This document shows, one piece after another, positions 18,081 to 29,416 of a DNA stretch of 64,000 nt. Source of the DNA: a virus (taxonomy: Duplodnaviria > Heunggongvirae > Uroviricota > Caudoviricetes). Both the position numbers and the translations under genes were made by a program. The stretch lies in the IMG/VR virus record IMGVR_UViG_3300023707_000001; one strand, written 5' to 3'. Numbering within the stretch: the stretch's first letter is position 1; each line of letters begins with the position of its first letter. Under the pieces are notes generated by a model. It had not been told where the DNA came from. It saw only the letters and a program-made list of their open reading frames with translations, and did not search any database.

Positions 18081-21000
18081 TTGGTGTACCTTTTGAGTTT
18101 GCCATACAGTCGCAAATTTAATAGCGGCAGACAATCAGAGCAGCTTCTCAATGAGGAACTGCATAAAATATATGAATCGGTAAAACACCTGACGGATACG
18201 CCGCCCAAGATGGAGGTTCCACAGGCAAAGCTGCATCGTGCAATATGGCATGATATGGAAACCAACCAGCTCAAATGGTGGGATCAGGGGTCGAGTAAGT
18301 GGCGCAAGTATTTTGAGCGAGAGTTCAAACTTACGGAAAACATTATGTCGACGCTGCCGCCAGAGGACCCTGTCAGAGGCGAACTTTGGATATACAATGG
18401 CGTACTGTGTTATTACGATGGCATTAACTGGGCGCCCATAAAAGCCCTCTTGCAGGACGGCTCGCAGTTTAGCTTGGACGTGTTTAGAAACTTTCTTTTG
18501 GTTAGTCCTCTTTGGAGAATTGGTAACACAATCGTCGAGGATGACGAAATTGAAAGCTACAAAACAGAGTTAAGAAAATATCTGCAGGGCGTGCTGGACG
18601 GAGAAACGGATTCTATGATAACCGGCGATGGAGAGAAATACTCCATTGACCAGCACCAGTGTATAGAAAATCCTCCGCAAGTACCGGCAATCCCGTTCAA
18701 TAAAAAGGCGCAGCTCCTTGTGCCGAATATCGACAACGCAAGGATATTCCTGGACCACGAACTGGATACGGAAAAATTCGAAGAAGTATCCAAGGTGTGC
18801 ATCCAGTACGATAAGAGAGACCTTATCAATTCGACTCCTTCGCTTGTTCATATAAACCCTGGCCGAATGACCAGGATTGTAAAGCGCATTATCAAGATTG
18901 ACCGAGATAACCCGCGCATCCAAATTCCTGCAGCGGATACGGAGTTTTACGGCTTCCATGAAAGTCAGTATTTTGGCGACCTGCTTCTTCCTGACCAGGA
19001 GAAAAAGGAAGATGACGGAACGGTATCGGTAGAACCGAAGGATTACACCATCGTCGAAGATGGTATCCTTTTGTCTTACAATGCTTCTCAGAACTACGAC
19101 TATGTTCTTGCAATCACCTATGAATTTTCATGGATGAAAAGCACAGGCCGCATGGATAAGTCCTGTTCCAAAGATGCCACAAATGCTTATTTCGTAGATA
19201 AGTACAACGGGCCGTTCAATGTCTTTGTGGAAGGCTATAACTACGAAGACCCATACTATGAAACCGACAGCATGTCGCAGACCATAAAGACGAAGGAAGA
19301 TACCAGAGAACTTGAAGTATCCCTCCTGCACGTACCAAAACGTGAGTATGGTTACATGCGCACAATAAACGTTGCCGGCGAAGGAATAATCCGCCCGCTG
19401 CGTGATTATAAAAACCCGTTAGTCTTTGTAAATGGTGAAGCCCTGTCGGAACAGAACGGGGACATCATTATCGAAAGTGACGGCCTCATCCGCGTAAGAG
19501 ACGCAAAAGACGATATGGCATGGTGTATCGTTGACCTTTTCGAGGAAGCGAATGAGAAAAACGAATTCAAGGACTACACTCCTACAGTTGTTACGGGCAA
19601 GGTTGGCAATGACAATCTGATTAGCTATGACGCCAGTGTTGTTCCCGACCAGAAAACCTGTGTGCTGTTTATCGATGGCCTTTTGGTTAAGAAGGAAGCC
19701 ATTGAATACGACCGTGCAAATTGCAAAATCGATGTAGAGGGCGGCCTTACTGCAGGGCAGGAATACATCCTTGTCGAGGATAAATATGGATGGCTTTACA
19801 ATGAAGAAGCATTGCAGCCGGCCCTGTCTGTTGGTAAATTCTCCGACTCACTCGTTTATTTTAACAACCATTTGATTTGCAACAACGTTGCGATTGATAC
19901 TTCGGACGAACCTTATACCGCAGAGGTTTATCCAGACGGAACGAAAGTTTACAAACCGTATCCGGGTGTGTTTAACGAAATCAAAAACTTCAAGTCGATT
20001 TATGATGACGTTATTGAGATGGACACCATGGATGACCTGGATGCTTTGATTAAAGCAAATACGGGCAGACATGAACTGGATATCGAACGCGAGGTTGAAA
20101 AACAGGTTCGCGAAGAGTTGGCAGACAAAGGAATGTCTGACGGGCAAATTACATCCGAAGTTGAAAAAGCTAAAAGACGGCGGGTGTTCCACAGTGGAGT
20201 TCTTTACTATATAAAGGATACCAAAGATGGATATGTTGGCGAAAAGAACAACTTTGATGAGAAGTACCCGTGCAAAATCCAGAAGGTGTTCTCAAATGAC
20301 GATACCGATGCCATTCGGGAAATCCAGCGCGATAGTATAGGAAACATTGTTCAAATAGCAAACAGCCGTTATCGCATTTTCGACATCAAAGCAGATAAAT
20401 GGGTTCCTATGGCCATGGAGGATATTCCAAAGGTAAAAGCCTTTGCATATTCTTACGAGAACATGCCGCGTTCCATTCGACTGCTTCTGCCGTACAGCAA
20501 CAAGGATGTCATTCAGACATATGCATTTAATCTTGCTAACGCTATCGAGCATCCGTTAATCATTAAGTCGGTTGATGTTCGGGACGAAGATAAGATATAT
20601 GTAAATGGCCAGTATGTCTTTGGCGCCAATAGCCTCAGAGTGTGGTGCAACGGGATAAGACAGTATCCGAACACTGCGCCGACAGGTGACCCACCAAACG
20701 GCATTATTGAATCGCTTGATGGCAAATCATTTAAGCTCCCGGAAAAGTTCACCGGAATGGTAACGTATGTTATCGAGCTTCCGGAGAAAAATCAGGCTCA
20801 GTCCTGCAGTATGGAAATTCTTGACCGGAACAACGTACTTCCTGACCACATCAATATGTATAAAACCAAAATGCCGTTATTCCCTGGCAGGGTAACGATT
20901 TACGTTAATGGCATAAGACTGGGGTCAGACCAGTACAGCATCATGGATAACCATACGCTCTTAATTGATAACGAAGAGCCTCTGCTTGGAAGTACAAAGA

Positions 21001-21434
21001 ATTTCCCATCTGAAACATTCGTTGCAAATAATAAGCGACATACCATTCATTGGCCTACGGACGATAAACTTCTTGTAGAAGTTCGACAGGATGACCGTGT
21101 GGAAACCACTTTTGAATGTAAAGGGCACCCAGTCTTTGAGCTGCCAATTCTGAAGTATGGCATTGACCCGACTATCCTGGAGGCAGCTGACGAAATCATG
21201 ATTTTCGTTAACGGCCTGTACTTTGGTCCGACAAAGAATGAAGGGTATTCGATTAATATATCCCGAGGGGCAGTTTCTGTAACCCAGGAAGAAATTCTCG
21301 AAATCATGAACCATGACGAAGAGGACATCTTCCTAAAAGGAAATGAAGAGTATTACGAGCACAGTTACAAGGCCGTTACAAACGGACAGCCTTATGAACA
21401 GAAAAACGCCTTATTAACACTGGAATGGAGATAA
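18081..21434 (+). CDS. Large virion structural protein (baseplate/tail-like)
   Basis: 1117 aa; repeated (V/I)(F/Y)(V/I)(N/D)G beta modules; PEDPVRGELW motif. Confidence 0.6.
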   Translation: MVYLLSLPYSRKFNSGRQSEQLLNEELHKIYESVKHLTDTPPKMEVPQAKLHRAIWHDMETNQLKWWDQGSSKWRKYFEREFKLTENIMSTLPPEDPVRGELWIYNGVLCYYDGINWAPIKALLQDGSQFSLDVFRNFLLVSPLWRIGNTIVEDDEIESYKTELRKYLQGVLDGETDSMITGDGEKYSIDQHQCIENPPQVPAIPFNKKAQLLVPNIDNARIFLDHELDTEKFEEVSKVCIQYDKRDLINSTPSLVHINPGRMTRIVKRIIKIDRDNPRIQIPAADTEFYGFHESQYFGDLLLPDQEKKEDDGTVSVEPKDYTIVEDGILLSYNASQNYDYVLAITYEFSWMKSTGRMDKSCSKDATNAYFVDKYNGPFNVFVEGYNYEDPYYETDSMSQTIKTKEDTRELEVSLLHVPKREYGYMRTINVAGEGIIRPLRDYKNPLVFVNGEALSEQNGDIIIESDGLIRVRDAKDDMAWCIVDLFEEANEKNEFKDYTPTVVTGKVGNDNLISYDASVVPDQKTCVLFIDGLLVKKEAIEYDRANCKIDVEGGLTAGQEYILVEDKYGWLYNEEALQPALSVGKFSDSLVYFNNHLICNNVAIDTSDEPYTAEVYPDGTKVYKPYPGVFNEIKNFKSIYDDVIEMDTMDDLDALIKANTGRHELDIEREVEKQVREELADKGMSDGQITSEVEKAKRRRVFHSGVLYYIKDTKDGYVGEKNNFDEKYPCKIQKVFSNDDTDAIREIQRDSIGNIVQIANSRYRIFDIKADKWVPMAMEDIPKVKAFAYSYENMPRSIRLLLPYSNKDVIQTYAFNLANAIEHPLIIKSVDVRDEDKIYVNGQYVFGANSLRVWCNGIRQYPNTAPTGDPPNGIIESLDGKSFKLPEKFTGMVTYVIELPEKNQAQSCSMEILDRNNVLPDHINMYKTKMPLFPGRVTIYVNGIRLGSDQYSIMDNHTLLIDNEEPLLGSTKNFPSETFVANNKRHTIHWPTDDKLLVEVRQDDRVETTFECKGHPVFELPILKYGIDPTILEAADEIMIFVNGLYFGPTKNEGYSINISRGAVSVTQEEILEIMNHDEEDIFLKGNEEYYEHSYKAVTNGQPYEQKNALLTLEWR

Positions 21435-21441
21435 CAGACGT

Positions 21442-23616
21442 ATGACAATGGTAAAACCGGGGCACACAAGCCTCAACATGCAAGATATATCAGAAGACCT
21501 GCGTGTCGTGCATCGCCATGTAACAAAGGTAGCACCAACCACAATTGACCCCGAAACGGGAAAAGTCATTGACATGCGTGAAGAAGGAAGCATCGATAAA
21601 CCGGTGCTTCCGGAATTCCGCAAAAAGATTGTCAAGGCAGATGATGTAGACCAGGTTGCAGGTGTGGATGCAGACCGCATTGCCGTAGCGGTAAGCGAGG
21701 ACGACCGTACGACAATTAATAATGCATTAAATCTTGGTGGCCGGCCGGCAGATGATTTCACTTCTGCTGAAGAAGGACAGAAGATAAAGCGCATGACAAC
21801 GGAGGTCACGAAGCATTACGGTGACGATATTGCTTCCATCCGTGATGAACTCTATCAGCTGAAACATGCTCTGGAAAAGAACGGCCTTGTTCATCTGACA
21901 AATGAACATTTTGGCTATAACGATACGTTCCGCAACGGCTATCTGCCGTATGAATATGAAGAACTTGGCCGCCCAACGATTGACTGCCCGGCAGCAAACA
22001 AGATTCGTCTGGATGAAGAAGCGGTTGCAAAGATTGACGAGGGCGACTATATTGCCATCTACTTCCGTGACGAAGAAAAGGTGGATGTCATTCAGGTTGC
22101 AGAAATTGGCCCGGACGGCCAGACGCTTACGCTGGATGAAGGTATGACGCACGGCAACCTTACAAAGGAAAACATTATTGTATACAAGAGCTTTGGTGTT
22201 TCCCGTGACGGCAACTTCTACTTCGCCCGCGATGTAGAATTCAAGGTTGGCGATGAAAATATCTGGACTGGTCTCGACGATGACACGACTACGACACTTT
22301 ACCGTCCTGTAACGGAAGAGCAGAGTTCCTATGGTTATGGCTTCCGTATCCCGGAAACAAAGCAGGGCTTCCTCACCAAGTTCCAGATTTACACCCATGC
22401 AATCGGCAATCCGACACTGACCTGTTATATCTTTGACGAACAGGATATTGGTAACTTCAAGAACCCTGTTCAGGCAGAGAACCTTTACAAGAGCGGGGAT
22501 GTAAATGCAGACGGCGAACCCAAGATGCACTTCTTTGCAAAGTCTAAGCCGGTCAGCCTTGACCCGACACTTGGAGAGCATATTGTAACATTTGACTTCT
22601 GGAATGCAGATTCGGAGTCTTACCCTCTGATTCAGAGAAAAGACACGCCGACCAATCGCGTACGTTATGTTGCGGTTATCTGCGGAACGTTTGTCGATAG
22701 TAACAACTATGCTAATATCCGCTTTATTATGAATAGCAGCGAAGAGGGCGGCGACCTGGAAACAAACAACAAGGTTTACCGTTATTCCGAGCAGCTTGAT
22801 ACAGCTGTTGCGTCGGCGCTGTCCCATGACCCGAAAGACAACAACAAGGATATGTACTATGCGGTTATTATGCGCGAAGCAATCCGCCATGAAATGGATG
22901 CGCAGACTCGTGGGTTGTACTCGGCAATTATTACAAGCCCGAAAGGCATGCCAGTATCCAGAGCAAGACTTACTATGCGTGTTAAGCGCGAAGGTGGCCT
23001 TTGGGATGCAAACATCACAGAACCTGGCGTATATGGTATCAGCGAGCGCGTAGCTTTCCCCGTTGAAGTGTTCAATAACTTCCCGACCAAGAAAGCATCG
23101 TTTAGAACGACAGATACGCTTGGTTTGCAGGATGATATTCGCCTGCCGATGGAACTTCGCACGGATGATAAAATCTTTACGAGAAAGCCGGACACGATTA
23201 TCGGCAGCAATATCGTAAAGGGTTCCCCGAACAACACCTCCATCATTCCTGCAGAGCCTATCATGGTTAAGCCGAACGACATGGTATACCGTAATGCATA
23301 TCAGGTTTCCGTAAAAGGCAAACTCTATGAGTATGATGAAGAGAAGAAGAAATTCATCGTAACGTCACAGAATAAAGTATTCTTGAAGCCGATTGCGGTA
23401 ATCCCGGACGGCTGCAAGGATAAAAAGGATGTATACTCTGACCGGATTATCTGGGAGGGCGATTTCCGCACAGAAGCAGGAAACCCGCTTTACTTCAACG
23501 AGTTGGAACTCCAGGTATTCTGGCACAAACCAGCATTCTCGGAACTGAATATGGTTGCAAACGAGCAGATGGGTATTATCCATGACCTCGTATTCTCAAC
23601 CGACCGTACCGTGTAA
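21442..23616 (+). CDS. Virion structural-region protein
   Basis: 724-aa ORF coupled to the upstream gene; followed by a terminator. Confidence 0.55.
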   Translation: MTMVKPGHTSLNMQDISEDLRVVHRHVTKVAPTTIDPETGKVIDMREEGSIDKPVLPEFRKKIVKADDVDQVAGVDADRIAVAVSEDDRTTINNALNLGGRPADDFTSAEEGQKIKRMTTEVTKHYGDDIASIRDELYQLKHALEKNGLVHLTNEHFGYNDTFRNGYLPYEYEELGRPTIDCPAANKIRLDEEAVAKIDEGDYIAIYFRDEEKVDVIQVAEIGPDGQTLTLDEGMTHGNLTKENIIVYKSFGVSRDGNFYFARDVEFKVGDENIWTGLDDDTTTTLYRPVTEEQSSYGYGFRIPETKQGFLTKFQIYTHAIGNPTLTCYIFDEQDIGNFKNPVQAENLYKSGDVNADGEPKMHFFAKSKPVSLDPTLGEHIVTFDFWNADSESYPLIQRKDTPTNRVRYVAVICGTFVDSNNYANIRFIMNSSEEGGDLETNNKVYRYSEQLDTAVASALSHDPKDNNKDMYYAVIMREAIRHEMDAQTRGLYSAIITSPKGMPVSRARLTMRVKREGGLWDANITEPGVYGISERVAFPVEVFNNFPTKKASFRTTDTLGLQDDIRLPMELRTDDKIFTRKPDTIIGSNIVKGSPNNTSIIPAEPIMVKPNDMVYRNAYQVSVKGKLYEYDEEKKKFIVTSQNKVFLKPIAVIPDGCKDKKDVYSDRIIWEGDFRTEAGNPLYFNELELQVFWHKPAFSELNMVANEQMGIIHDLVFSTDRTV

Positions 23617-23620
23617 ACAG

Positions 23621-23652
23621 GAAGCCGCCCGAACAAATCCGGGCGGCTTTTT
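23621..23652 (+). terminator. Intrinsic terminator
   Basis: AAGCCGCCCG-loop-CGGGCGGCTTTTT. Confidence 0.85.
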
Positions 23653-23722
23653 ATTAAATCAACCCAATAACGCAGAACAAATGGTAATACCAACGATAGC
23701 AGTTAATTTTAGGGAGGGCCGT

Positions 23723-24577
23723 ATGGCGACGATAACAAACTCTGACGAACTTGTCAGCAATATAAAACACCTGACGACACCTATTAATCTCCCATCCAAT
23801 ACATTTAGTGAGAAAATGGACGCAGGTGAAGTTAATGGGTTATTCGAGGGAATCGAAATATGCCTGAATAATCTGTATGAAAAATTACGCATGCTGGAAG
23901 ACCTTCACGATTTTAGCGAAGAATATATAAAGAATGAATTCAATAAAGTAAAACCTGCGCTGGATGACGCAATCGTTAAGCTCGGTGATGCAGCCGAGGA
24001 CTATGCAAACACGACAACAAAGGCAAACCTTTTAACCTTCCGTGGAGGCACAATCGTTACAGACCGTGACGGAACCGCAATTAACTCCGCTCAGGTAATC
24101 GATGGAAAGATTATTATGGCCGGCGCAGCAAAAATATCGGAAGCGACGCCGACAAGAGCGGTTGTTGGTTCTACGGACATTGTGTATAGGCGCAGTGAAA
24201 TGCCTGCAGATAACTACAAGTCGTTTTATGTAATGGAGTCTTACCCTGTAAGGCCGGTAGAAGAATACATTGACTTTTTCTTTGCGCGGCCCACGATAAT
24301 CAACTTCATTAAGGCATCGGCATTCAATGCGGAGCTCAGCAATATCACAATATATAAATCGAATAATGAGATACTGGAAGTAAGCGGTGAAAACATGGTA
24401 TTCCCGGAATGCACGGCAATTGGTATCCACGTCGAGCTAAAAGGCGGAAAAATAGAGCCTGTCCGTATGGAAGTAACCGGGGATAAGGATACATTTAGCA
24501 GCCTTGAGAATGTGTACGAAGAAGATGCGCTCAACAGTATATTTGAAAAACATATAAAAGATAATGGCGGTGTATGA
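23723..24577 (+). CDS. Structural-region protein (probable start ATG 23723)
   Basis: AGGGAGG RBS upstream of ATG 23723; the track start at 23555 spans the terminator. Confidence 0.55.
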   Translation: MATITNSDELVSNIKHLTTPINLPSNTFSEKMDAGEVNGLFEGIEICLNNLYEKLRMLEDLHDFSEEYIKNEFNKVKPALDDAIVKLGDAAEDYANTTTKANLLTFRGGTIVTDRDGTAINSAQVIDGKIIMAGAAKISEATPTRAVVGSTDIVYRRSEMPADNYKSFYVMESYPVRPVEEYIDFFFARPTIINFIKASAFNAELSNITIYKSNNEILEVSGENMVFPECTAIGIHVELKGGKIEPVRMEVTGDKDTFSSLENVYEEDALNSIFEKHIKDNGGV

Positions 24578-25296
24578 TGTATATTAATCTACTGACTGCC
24601 CAGCATATCCCCGATGAGGCCGTTATAAAAGAAACGGATACAGGGCTTCTGTATTTTGAGGGAAACAGCTGGAAGTACCTGACCAAAAAAGAATATAAGG
24701 TTTTGGAGGACGGGGCGTACGGTACGAAAAAAATCGGGAAGAAAACGTACGCCGACCTTCCTGAAAACGAAATCGTGCCGGCCGAAAAAGCCTCCACAAA
24801 GTCCTTTCGTTATTACACGAACTTCTTCGGATTAAACGAACTGATTGTTGGTGACCGAAAGTTTTACAATACAAACGGCCTGGTTACAGAAGACATTGCA
24901 GTTGAAAAAGGAAAACCTGTGCGCCTGAAAGCAGATATGAGGCCGCAGGATTTTACCAGTGTAGAATTTTCCATTATCGACGGAACAGAAGAAGTTCCCA
25001 TCCTTTTAAGTGGAGAGGATAAAGTAGTTGACGAAAAGGTGTTTTTTAATTGCGGTACACGTATGAATGGAGAAGATAAGATATACCGCAAAGATTTTCG
25101 GCCACTTACCAGGGAACCGGACAATGGCGACTTTTTCAGCGACAGTATCCTTACAGTCTCCTATACGCCGGATAGCAGATACCATACTTATGTGCCAAAA
25201 CATGACACGGTAAAGGTAAAAGTCGTTATCCGTGTTTATACGGAAGGCGCTATCACACCGGAAATTTCTAACCTAACACTTACGCAGGGGGGTTGA
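24574..25296 (+). CDS. Hypothetical structural-region protein
   Basis: ATGA overlap coupling. Confidence 0.55.
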   Translation: MMYINLLTAQHIPDEAVIKETDTGLLYFEGNSWKYLTKKEYKVLEDGAYGTKKIGKKTYADLPENEIVPAEKASTKSFRYYTNFFGLNELIVGDRKFYNTNGLVTEDIAVEKGKPVRLKADMRPQDFTSVEFSIIDGTEEVPILLSGEDKVVDEKVFFNCGTRMNGEDKIYRKDFRPLTREPDNGDFFSDSILTVSYTPDSRYHTYVPKHDTVKVKVVIRVYTEGAITPEISNLTLTQGG

Positions 25297-26786
25297 AGAT
25301 GCCAACAACAGAATTATTGGACGGTTCGCTGGAACTTCAAAAAGACCTGTACAGCATTGTGGTTCCGGAAGAAAGCGTTATCAAAACCAGTGATTTCCGC
25401 AAAGAGTATGCGAAAATGATTGCGTCAGCTCCGTTCTTAGATGAGAAGCGGGCGGATGAGATTGCAGGCAGCAAGGAAGATGAGCCGATTTTTGCCATTA
25501 AAAAACTGCATGCGGAAGATCAACCAAAGCGCATGGACTTGGTACAGATGACTACGGATGTATCAATGGATTTAGCGACCGCTGATTATAAAATAATCGA
25601 TACGGCAAACAAATACACCATGCTGATAGCGGGGACAATCAATCGCATGAACGCAGTAAGAGAAAGGCTCATGCGTGATAAGGAACGACTGGAAGATATT
25701 AATTTTATAACATCTGCCTATAAAGGGCTTAGCAATGCGGCCATGATTACAGAAGATATGTGTTCCGGCTCCTATCTTTACCATGATGGTGTGTATGGTG
25801 CATTCTGTCCGTACGGCCCAGTGGAAACAAAACAAGAGATACAGATTCTGTCGGTAGAGGGAAATGGTTATGTAGGCAATGGCCATGTTTTGAGTGCCGG
25901 CGATGCATACCTGGAAGAAACGGATAATCGTGGGAAAATCGAGTACATCGCAGACAGCAGCCCGATGACCGTATTTGAATACTCCAGAATCTGCAGCAAT
26001 GACAAATCGCAGTACCAGTCCAACGATGACAGCGTATATGATGTAAACCAGGATGACAAGGATGTAACCTGCATTATCACGGCTATGAGCAAAGGAGAGG
26101 GCGGTATCAATATGCTCGATATTGATTCTCCAAACGATGATATAAAAATCAAAGACATCCTTATCTCTGGCAACAATATTAGTTACAGAAGCGTACTGCA
26201 GTCGGAAATCGACTTCCGCACGGATATGTACCACTCTGTAAATCAAATTGCAGGAAGCAAGAAGGTATGCTTCCCCACCACGCGGTATGTAAAAATCGTG
26301 CTGACATCCAGTCATTGTGAACCAGGCGAACAGCTCGGATACAGCGAAGTAGATGTTAGTGGCCAAAAGCCCGTCACGGTAATCCGCAGATTAAAAGGGG
26401 CTATCAGAAAAGTAATTCAGATAGGCAGCCTGAATGCGTATCGCTGTGAATACGAAAACGGGACAATCCTTACAAGTGACCTTGCTCCGGAGGGCGGCTG
26501 CAGGACAGTAGCCCTGTTTGCCAATGAGTACATCCCGTTTGGCATGGAAGACCCTGAAACAGCCATCACCTATGAGCTTCACATAAACGGTGAAAAACAC
26601 AACGTTGTTCCCATTAACGGCAACCGGCCGGGATATAAAATGATTTCCTGTACGGAAAGTCAGTTCGAGGACAGCAACGTAAAGTTCGTTGGTGAAAAAA
26701 TCAACACGGTGCAGGTTCGCATTAATATCCGAAGCGACGGCGACCTTACACCGCTAGTCGGAAATCTTAAACTTTGTATAGGGTAG
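25293..26786 (+). CDS. Hypothetical structural-region protein
   Basis: 497-aa coupled ORF. Confidence 0.55.
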   Translation: MKMPTTELLDGSLELQKDLYSIVVPEESVIKTSDFRKEYAKMIASAPFLDEKRADEIAGSKEDEPIFAIKKLHAEDQPKRMDLVQMTTDVSMDLATADYKIIDTANKYTMLIAGTINRMNAVRERLMRDKERLEDINFITSAYKGLSNAAMITEDMCSGSYLYHDGVYGAFCPYGPVETKQEIQILSVEGNGYVGNGHVLSAGDAYLEETDNRGKIEYIADSSPMTVFEYSRICSNDKSQYQSNDDSVYDVNQDDKDVTCIITAMSKGEGGINMLDIDSPNDDIKIKDILISGNNISYRSVLQSEIDFRTDMYHSVNQIAGSKKVCFPTTRYVKIVLTSSHCEPGEQLGYSEVDVSGQKPVTVIRRLKGAIRKVIQIGSLNAYRCEYENGTILTSDLAPEGGCRTVALFANEYIPFGMEDPETAITYELHINGEKHNVVPINGNRPGYKMISCTESQFEDSNVKFVGEKINTVQVRINIRSDGDLTPLVGNLKLCIG

Positions 26787-26790
26787 GACA

Positions 26791-27981
26791 ATGTATATAG
26801 AACGATTAAAGAAACTAAAAGAGCTTAAAGAGCTTACGGAACGTGCCCTGCTGCAGCAAGGTGAGTTTCCAGACAAAGCATATGTAAAGCAACTGCTTTC
26901 CAGCATGGATACGCGCTATGCAATCTTTGATTACGACAAGGTTGCGCCGGACACAAAATTCGACTTGGAGAAAATGGTCAATGACCTGCGCTGTATCGAA
27001 AAAGACCTGAAAATAATCTATGAAATCATAGACGAACTAACCAGAGAGCGTTATATCCGTCTGGAAGCGTTTGTTAATGGCTATCTATCATCACTGGAAG
27101 AAGTAGCGGACCGGGCCGACAAAAAGGCGATGGAGGAAATCGAAGCTACATCACTTGGCGCTTCCATGGTATATTTTACCAATAATATCATGTCAGCATA
27201 TATGGAAGATACCACGGCATATATTGACGTGGGAACTATTCACTGCAGTCCGCAAAGCAAACTTTGTGGTTCCATTATCGGTTCTGGATTCAATGTGGAA
27301 GATGTCGTATTCCAGGTTGTGGATAAAAAGTTTTCCCCATACTCGGTAAACCGGAGCACTATGAAAGTTGGCGGAGAATTACAGAAGAACACATACACTT
27401 ATGCAATTAATGACAACTATCCTGTTGGAAAAGCGTTTAAGCTCCCAAACTCTGCGATTGTTGCAAGTGAGAAAAACCTGTATGAGGTGTATGGCGGCCG
27501 CGGATATGTAAAGGGCGTTTCCAGTAAATATACAGGCCTTGTGTCGGCAAACGAATTGCAAAACAGCGTAGTAAACGAAACAACAACGTATTCCTTCTAC
27601 CTGAGCGATGCAACCAGAATTACGTTCGATTTTTCCATTGAGCCGACTTACAAAAACTTTGAAAACTACGACATGCAAAACCTGAAGCGCGGAAAGGTAT
27701 ATCACTTTGAGTTTACCATGCCAGCAGGAACCGCATTTTCGTGGGCGCATGACGGAACGGTATTTGCCACAAAAGAAAAAACGGCGGTCAGTGGAACAGA
27801 GCTATGCATCGTAGAGCATACACTGGCCAACGACTTTATTATCTATGAATATGCTCCCGGCGACAAAGTTGTGTATGACAATGTAAAGGTAATTATCCAT
27901 AATGTGAAGCAGGAAGTATTCCACATTGACTCCATTGCGATAAAGGAAATTTGTGAAACGGGGGTAGCTGTGTCGGTATGA
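26791..27981 (+). CDS. Hypothetical structural-region protein
   Basis: 396-aa coupled ORF. Confidence 0.55.
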   Translation: MYIERLKKLKELKELTERALLQQGEFPDKAYVKQLLSSMDTRYAIFDYDKVAPDTKFDLEKMVNDLRCIEKDLKIIYEIIDELTRERYIRLEAFVNGYLSSLEEVADRADKKAMEEIEATSLGASMVYFTNNIMSAYMEDTTAYIDVGTIHCSPQSKLCGSIIGSGFNVEDVVFQVVDKKFSPYSVNRSTMKVGGELQKNTYTYAINDNYPVGKAFKLPNSAIVASEKNLYEVYGGRGYVKGVSSKYTGLVSANELQNSVVNETTTYSFYLSDATRITFDFSIEPTYKNFENYDMQNLKRGKVYHFEFTMPAGTAFSWAHDGTVFATKEKTAVSGTELCIVEHTLANDFIIYEYAPGDKVVYDNVKVIIHNVKQEVFHIDSIAIKEICETGVAVSV

Positions 27982-28202
27982 TTTTGTATAATTTACGTTA
28001 CCGTGGCCCATATGAATATGAAAAGTTTATCCTCAACGTACTGCAGTATCATAATGAGATATTGCGTATGAAAAAAGAGCTCGGTGAACAAAATGATAAA
28101 AACATAGCGGAGCTCACTGCAAAGCTTGATAAAATCTGCAATAAATTTGATGAGCTGAGTGAGGAGCTGCTGGTGCTGCGAGAAAAGGCCACGGCGGTAT
28201 AA
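27978..28202 (+). CDS. Small coiled-coil protein (RYRGP motif)
   Basis: ATGA overlap; 74 aa. Confidence 0.55.
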   Translation: MILYNLRYRGPYEYEKFILNVLQYHNEILRMKKELGEQNDKNIAELTAKLDKICNKFDELSEELLVLREKATAV

Positions 28203-28223
28203 TGGATTAGCGAGGAAATAAAA

Positions 28224-29267
28224 TTGATTGATAAACCAACAACAAGCGAAGTCATGGATATTTTTAACGAAGCGTACGACGACGCCAAAAAGATTGGCCA
28301 GGACATCCGTGACACCAAAAAAGTATTGAGTGAGAAGCTGGAACTGCTTAGCGCACAGGTGGAGTATATGGCAGGCCAGGTGTCGCTGGCAGGCGAGCAA
28401 AAGGGTATCGTGGAGGAAAAAATCTTCTTGGCAGATGCCGATAAGGTAGGCCGTTATGACCAATTCGGTATGACCATCCATCCAAAATTCGTAAAAGACC
28501 CGAGAGACCTTTTCAATTTCAAATCGACAAAGGGCTATCTCTTTAAGGGAAATGTCGTCACAAAAATCAATGGGGAGGAAGACCTTGAGTATACGGAATG
28601 CTTAAAACAGGACACCGTCCCCAGTAAAAAGTATAAAATCAAAGAGTATGATGACAGCAACCTTGTTTTAACGATTCTCCCAAATCTCAAGGCTCCGCTC
28701 GGAAGTCTGCAGTTTAATATGCTGGAAATCATGCCGTATCTTCCCGGCTCGTTCAACATTGAGTCAATCAAGGTTTATTCCCGTGATAATCTTGAGGTGG
28801 AAACGCAGGCACTTGAGCACGGTATCATCCGTGTCGGCCCGCAGCGCATTATCTTTTCGGGCAAGACAGAGCTGGGAAAAATCGAGATAAGGGTACGCCT
28901 GCTTTATAAAAATGCAGCAGGGAAATACCCGTTCGGATTAAAGCATCTGTATGTGCAGGAAGCAGACTTTGAGGATAACTGCTACGTGTTTGTCCGAGCA
29001 GATAAACCCAAAGCGGTTTCCTATATCTACGACAATGTCGTAATCAAAAACCAGTATGGCGTGGATACAAACGCATCCAGTAAAGAGTACGGCATCCACT
29101 ACTACGCATTTTTTGACGGGGAAACGCCTGACCGCGAAATGGAAGTATCCAAGCCGGCCAGCTTGAATTACATTGCGACCAACACAAAAACCGTATTTAT
29201 CAGAATTCCTGTGGAAACATCCCTGATGGCCATAACGCCAAATATCTCCACGGAAACCATAAACTAA
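28224..29267 (+). CDS. Hypothetical structural-region protein
   Basis: GAGGA RBS, TTG start; followed by a hairpin. Confidence 0.55.
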   Translation: MIDKPTTSEVMDIFNEAYDDAKKIGQDIRDTKKVLSEKLELLSAQVEYMAGQVSLAGEQKGIVEEKIFLADADKVGRYDQFGMTIHPKFVKDPRDLFNFKSTKGYLFKGNVVTKINGEEDLEYTECLKQDTVPSKKYKIKEYDDSNLVLTILPNLKAPLGSLQFNMLEIMPYLPGSFNIESIKVYSRDNLEVETQALEHGIIRVGPQRIIFSGKTELGKIEIRVRLLYKNAAGKYPFGLKHLYVQEADFEDNCYVFVRADKPKAVSYIYDNVVIKNQYGVDTNASSKEYGIHYYAFFDGETPDREMEVSKPASLNYIATNTKTVFIRIPVETSLMAITPNISTETIN

Positions 29268-29273
29268 GAACAG

Positions 29274-29300
29274 CGTCCGTTTTTCGGACGTTTTTCTTTC
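29274..29300 (+). terminator. Intrinsic terminator ending the structural operon
   Basis: CGTCCG-TTTTT-CGGACG followed by TTTTTCTTT. Confidence 0.7.
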
Positions 29301-29347
29301 CTTCTTATCCGAAATCAGAAAATTCTCAAAAAATTTCCCCAAAGGTA

Positions 29348-29376
29348 TTGCATCTTCTTAATGAATATGTTAATAT
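29348..29376 (+). promoter_or_regulatory. Sigma70/SigA-type promoter for replication genes
   Basis: TTGCAT-17nt-TAATAT with TG extended -10. Confidence 0.55.
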
Positions 29377-29416
29377 GTAATTAAGAAAAGGTAAGTAAGA
29401 ATAGGAGAAAAAGGCT